29,240 nt of DNA from the NCBI GenBank assembly GCA_964016885.1, contig CAXHJY010001761.1, positions 1 through 29,240 on the forward strand, in the 5' to 3' direction. The position numbers and the translations under genes were made by a program. The stretch comes from Eledone cirrhosa (taxonomy: Eukaryota). The first letter of the stretch is position 1; each line of letters opens with the position of its first letter. Positions 23,988-29,240 of the stretch are shown here, one piece after another. The notes under the pieces were generated by a model, which did not search any database, had not been told where the DNA came from, and was given only the letters and a program-made list of their open reading frames with translations.

Positions 23988-24144
23988 ATAGGTTTGGTAG
24001 AAATATCCAAGGGTAAGAGCACTCAGTCAATAGGATGAGTAAATATAATTAGTTACAACAATGACATATACAGGTATTTAAGTTCATTGGGTTATAACCC
24101 CACCAAACTTATGTACCTGTATATGTCATTGTTGTAACTAATTA

Positions 24145-24539
<395 letters not shown>

Positions 24540-24560
24540 ATAATAATAACAATAATAAAC

Positions 24561-27263
24561 AGTTCGAATAACGGTGAAGTGGAGACTGGAATGTCATGTG
24601 ACAGACTCTCACCCAGCAGGTGCTCCCTGGCTCAGCAGCAGGGACTTGGCTGTCAACCAAATACTGCTGGTGTCGCAGGAAGAAGAAGGAAAGGGACCAG
24701 AACCAATTGGACGAAAGAATTGAATAGAACTGTTATGCAATGTTACCTGAAGAGTAATCCAAAGGAAAAAGGCTATAGGAAACGGATGCATAACATCTGG
24801 AACGAGATTGGTCCATTTAAATTAGATGAACAAAAATTGGCCGGGCAGGCTCGGGTAATAAGAACTAATGGGTGGATAAGCGAGCTGGAACTGGAGGAAC
24901 TGAGCAGAGAGATTAGGTTGGAAATGGAGAGTGGAGTATGCCAGGCAAATGAGCCAGTGGGAAATGAAGGTGAAGAGGTTGAGAGAACGGAGGAACCATC
25001 CGAAGCAGACAATGATCTGAATGCTGAAATAAATAATACCTGGTACAAAAATACGGCCATTGAGGAGATGAATGCTGACGGGCTAGGACAAGATTTGGTT
25101 GATATCCTAAACTTAGTGGTAGATGAAATGAACAATGATAGTGGGAAACATAATAACCTAAGGTTTGTAGACAGGAAAAAGTTAAAAGAAACAACAGCTA
25201 AGGTAAACAAAGTCATCCCATACCTTGAGGCGAGGAGCCTTCACCAGTGCAACAATATCCTCAAAGCAACAGCAAATGCGGTGAGGAAATTACTTGGCAT
25301 GAAAGCGAGAGGAAACAACAAATAAGAAAGATCAGAACCTTGGTGGAAGAAACGACTGAATGATCAAATCAGGGAAATGAGAAATGACATTGGAAAGCTT
25401 GTGTCCCGACTGAATGGGACACTAAAAAACATAGACACTAACAATAGACTGGAAATAAAGTACAAAACTAGGAGGAAAAGGCTAAATATTATCATAGAGG
25501 AACTGAAGCAACGCATTGTAGCCAAGAGTGCAAACATTAGGCGATACGAGAGCATAATCAGTCAGTATAGACAGAACCGCATGTTTGACAACAACCAGAA
25601 GATATTGTTTGGACAGCTTGAAGGGAAAGAAAGAGGCAACGACTTGATCCCTGAGGCGGAACAAACTAAGACATTCTGGAGAGGAATATGGGAGCAGGAT
25701 GTTAGACATAATGACCAGGCAGTGTGGATTGAGACAGTACAGAAGGAGATTGGTGAACAGGCACACCAACAAACTGATTTGAGTATCACAGTTGAAACTC
25801 TTAAGGGGCAAGCCAAAAAACTAACCAACTGGAAATCACCAGGCCCAGATGGTGTGCAGGGGTATTGGATTAAAAATGTAACATCCCTCCACCCGAAACT
25901 GACAACCATGTTCAATGACTGCTTGATGTCAGGTGAGGTACCAGAGTGGTTGAAAAAAGGTACCACAGTTCTGGTAATGAAAGACCGAATCAAGGGTAAT
26001 GATGTTACCAACTATAGACCTATCACATGCCTGTCCGTAATGTGGAAACTGTTGACAAGCATTGTGTCTGAGGAAATCTACCATCACCTCCACACAAACA
26101 ACTTGTTACCGGACGAACAGAAAGGATGCTGAAAGAAGTCCTGTGGTACAAAGGACCAGTTACTTATTGATAAGATGGTAATGAGGAATTGCAAAAGGAG
26201 ACACACTGGTCTTGCCATGGGATGGATAGACTACAAAAAGGAATTTGACATGGTGCCTCATTCTTGGATCACCAAAAGCCTGGAGATCTTCAAGGTGGCA
26301 GATAACATCAGACAGTTGTTGGGAAAAAGTATGAAGTCCTTGGAAACAGAGTTAACATCAGTTGGAGAATCCTTGGGAGGCGTGAAGATCAAGAGAGGTA
26401 TCTTCCAGGGAGATACTTTGTCCCCTCTGTTGTTTCTCCTTGCCCTGATGCCCCTGACCATTATACTGCGAAAAAGGATTTGGAACTGCCATGAAATCAA
26501 GGTCGTCCTGATTGTCATAGGCGCACTAGGTACTATCTCAAAGAGTTTCCAAGGATGGTTAAAGAAGGATGGACCATTATACTGCGAAAAGTGAGAGCAG
26601 GATACAAGTTGGGAAAGGGAGAGCTTACCATCAATCACCTCCTCTTCATGGACGACCTTAAGCTCTTCGGGAAGAGTGAGAAGGAGTTGGATGTGCTTGT
26701 TGACACTGTCCGTATTTTCAGCAATGGTATTAGTAAGTGTGGAGTCCTTGTGATGAAGAGGGGTAAATTGAGCAGGAGCAACGGAATCCATGTACCAACA
26801 GGTGAGATGATAAGGAAATTGACACTGAAGAAGGATACAAGTATTTGGGTATTCTGGAGGCTGATGACATCAAGAACAAAAAAATGAAGGAATTGATAAG
26901 ATCTGAATACATTCGGAGAGTAAGGAGCGTATTAAAGTCATGTCTGAACAGTAGGAATGCCATAAGTGCAGTAAATTCCAGAGCTGTGTCTATTATTAGG
27001 TACAGTGCGGGAATTCTGAGATAGAATGTTGCTGAAAAAAAGAAATGGATAGGAAGACTAGGTAGCTATTGACTATCTACAACATGTTCCACAAGAGGAG
27101 TGATGTCGATAGACTCTACTTAAGGAGATCTGAAGGTGGAAGAGGTCTTATCAGCATAGATGACTGTGTTCAGATGGAGAAAAACAACGTACACAAATAC
27201 GTGACCGATAGTAAGGAGCCAATGCTCAAAATTGTACTTAAGGAGAAGACTGTGGTAAAATGA
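24561..27263 (+). mobile_element. Decayed R4/Dong-like non-LTR retrotransposon, 3'-truncated
   Basis: WTKELN..VMQCY...GYRKRMHNIW...[87 protein letters not shown]. It has stops and frameshifts and no APE domain, and its 5' flank is (TAA)n. Confidence 0.88.
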
Positions 27264-27498
27264 AGTCGTGGTCGCCAGTGTGGTAAAATGAAGTATCCTA
27301 TTTGGATTGCTTATCGACATAGACGTGAGGGTATGTCCCTCGCCTATTTACCATCTTTGTATTTACAATATTCCTCACGTCAGGTCATCAATTCTAGCAG
27401 CATGGATTATATATGTCATTGAGACACGAGCAACATAATAATGATTTCAACAGCAGAAATTAGAGATGAAATGTATGTTTATTTTTGTTGTAGCACAA

Positions 27499-27679
27499 AT
27501 AATTGTTTCTACTTTAGGCACAAGGCCAGCAAATTACCCAGTGCATTACTGGTACTTTATTTAATCGACCCCGTAAGGATGAAAGGCAAAGTCAACCTCG
27601 GCGGGATTTGAACTCAGATCGTAAAGGGACGTAACTATGCTGGAAAGCATGGCGTCCGACCCTCTACCGATACTGCCAA
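27499..27679 (-). mobile_element. tRNA-derived SINE family 1
   Basis: Reverse complement of the 6105-6290 family. Confidence 0.9.
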
Positions 27680-29240
27680 TAATGTTGATTAACTTGCATG
27701 GTTGAAGTTACACATAAAAATGAGGTTACAAAAGGGAATGTGCCATTGCGCCGGAAAGCCGGCAGGCTAGGGTGAAAAATCTCACCGTCACATTGTACGT
27801 GTTGCTAGTTCGAAGTTCCTGGTGCGAGAGAGATTCTTCAAATCTATTCGGGTAATTTCTCCCTCAGGGCGCGTAGGGATACATCCTCTTCTACTGGCGC
27901 TGATTGGCTGAACTGAGCCAAATCACGCACAGAGAATGTATGTGAGCCCGCGGAATGTAGGTCACTACAATACCCCCCTCCTAGACGGAAGTCGATACAG
28001 ATTATTGAATCAGCAAGAACAAATGCTGAAAGAGCACATCAGTTTAAAAAAAATAATTGAGCAGAAGGCTGCATGCAAGAAAAAAAATGTTGGCCTCCCT
28101 GATATATTGCCGAATGTGCTAGGGAGCCAGGAAAAAAATGGCTGGTTGCTTTGAAAAGAAAAAAAGCAAGTTTAATCTGTAGGTGGGTTGCAGTGTAAAT
28201 TCCATAATTCGGGCGAATCCACAGAATGGTGGAAATGCCGACAAGTCCAGTTCTATTTGTTGCTTTCCCAGCGAGTCGGGCAAAACAACAAGACGGAGGC
28301 CGTCATGGACGATCAGTGTACAACGAGATGCGAAACTGTTTCAGTTCAGCTGCAATTAGCATTCTCGTTTTGCGGTGTCTGTTTGAATCCAGGTGAATTA
28401 AACTCTGAGTCGCTAGCATGTGACGGCACCTCCACCAGGTGAAAAGGGATCCCGCAGAATATTACGTTTGAAGAACATATACCAAGAACAACATGTTGGT
28501 GTGACAAAGAAATGTGTGCATATGCAGGCATGCAAAACAGCAAAGAATGTGAATGAACAAAAACCATGAGCAAGCAAATAGCAAAAGAGCACAAAACAAG
28601 TAAATGCATTCTACAAAGAAATATGTGAATGTAACAAACTGATAATTCAAAGTGAATATAAGGGAGCAGAGAAATTAATGATCAATGATAAGTTCAAAGT
28701 TTTTCAAAGTCAAATAGTTCACACATCACCAGTGGTACAGACTTTCTGACACTAGTTCTATCTGAAAACTGAAAAAGAAGTTTGTTAAATGCCACTAGGG
28801 GTTAGATGTATATTGTTTTTTGAGAGTTTTCGTGGCCATTCTACCGTCCTGCCACCTTGTGTGACAAAAGGTTGTGTTGCTTGTTGTTAAAGCAAAGTCA
28901 ATGAATCTTCTGTAGAGTCGAAGTCGAGCGTTGAAGAACCCAGCGTCACCAATATGGCAGCCACGTCTGACGCCATAATGGTGAGAAAACTAATGTCTTA
29001 ATTTCTAGAGTCCTTGTGTAACGAGACATAAGGTATGGTGGTTGCGTCGGTAAAGTTACAAGCCGTTCCCTGGCGTGGTTTTTTTTCTTTTTTTTTTTTC
29101 TTAACGGTAGAGACGATAGAAGAGGTGAAAGCGTGGAAGTCAACAATATGATATGTGGTGGTTGCGTCGGTAAGGCTATGAAGCTACCATCTCACTATTC
29201 CCCTGTTGTTGGTTAGTGGTTAAACAATGTTGTCGCTTGC

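Noticed and set aside
24609-26963. Minus-strand ORFs over the Dong-like element
   Set aside because: Antisense shadows of the LINE ORF.
27251-29174. Short direct repeats (TGTGGTAAAATGAAGT x2; TGGTGGTTGCGTCGGTAA x2) as CRISPR or TSD
   Set aside because: Only two copies each in a eukaryotic context; more likely local repair or slippage duplications.

Overview
AT-rich eukaryotic repeat-dense DNA with no recognisable host gene. It is probably cephalopod (Octopus-like), inferred from the SINE families. The window is a nest of retroelements separated by (TA)n microsatellites. It contains: (i) three Penelope-like element (PLE) copies, namely one decayed RT + GIY-YIG copy split into inverted halves (11425-15181) and two 5'-truncated GIY-YIG copies with inverted pseudo-LTRs; (ii) several non-coding, tandem/inverted elements with ~435-495 bp units that look like retrozymes or non-autonomous PLEs; (iii) a decayed RTE-like LINE, a decayed R4/Dong-like LINE and many tRNA-derived SINEs. 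The main signal the ORF track misses is hammerhead ribozymes. Reading by eye I find 11 intact or near-intact type I minimal hammerheads and about 10 decayed or partial ones. They come from many sequence families, mostly have a palindromic stem III and often a downstream AATAAA. Two families carry a compensatory U3-A8 core and three carry a long stem II insertion. All folds and alignments were done by eye, and boundaries are approximate.
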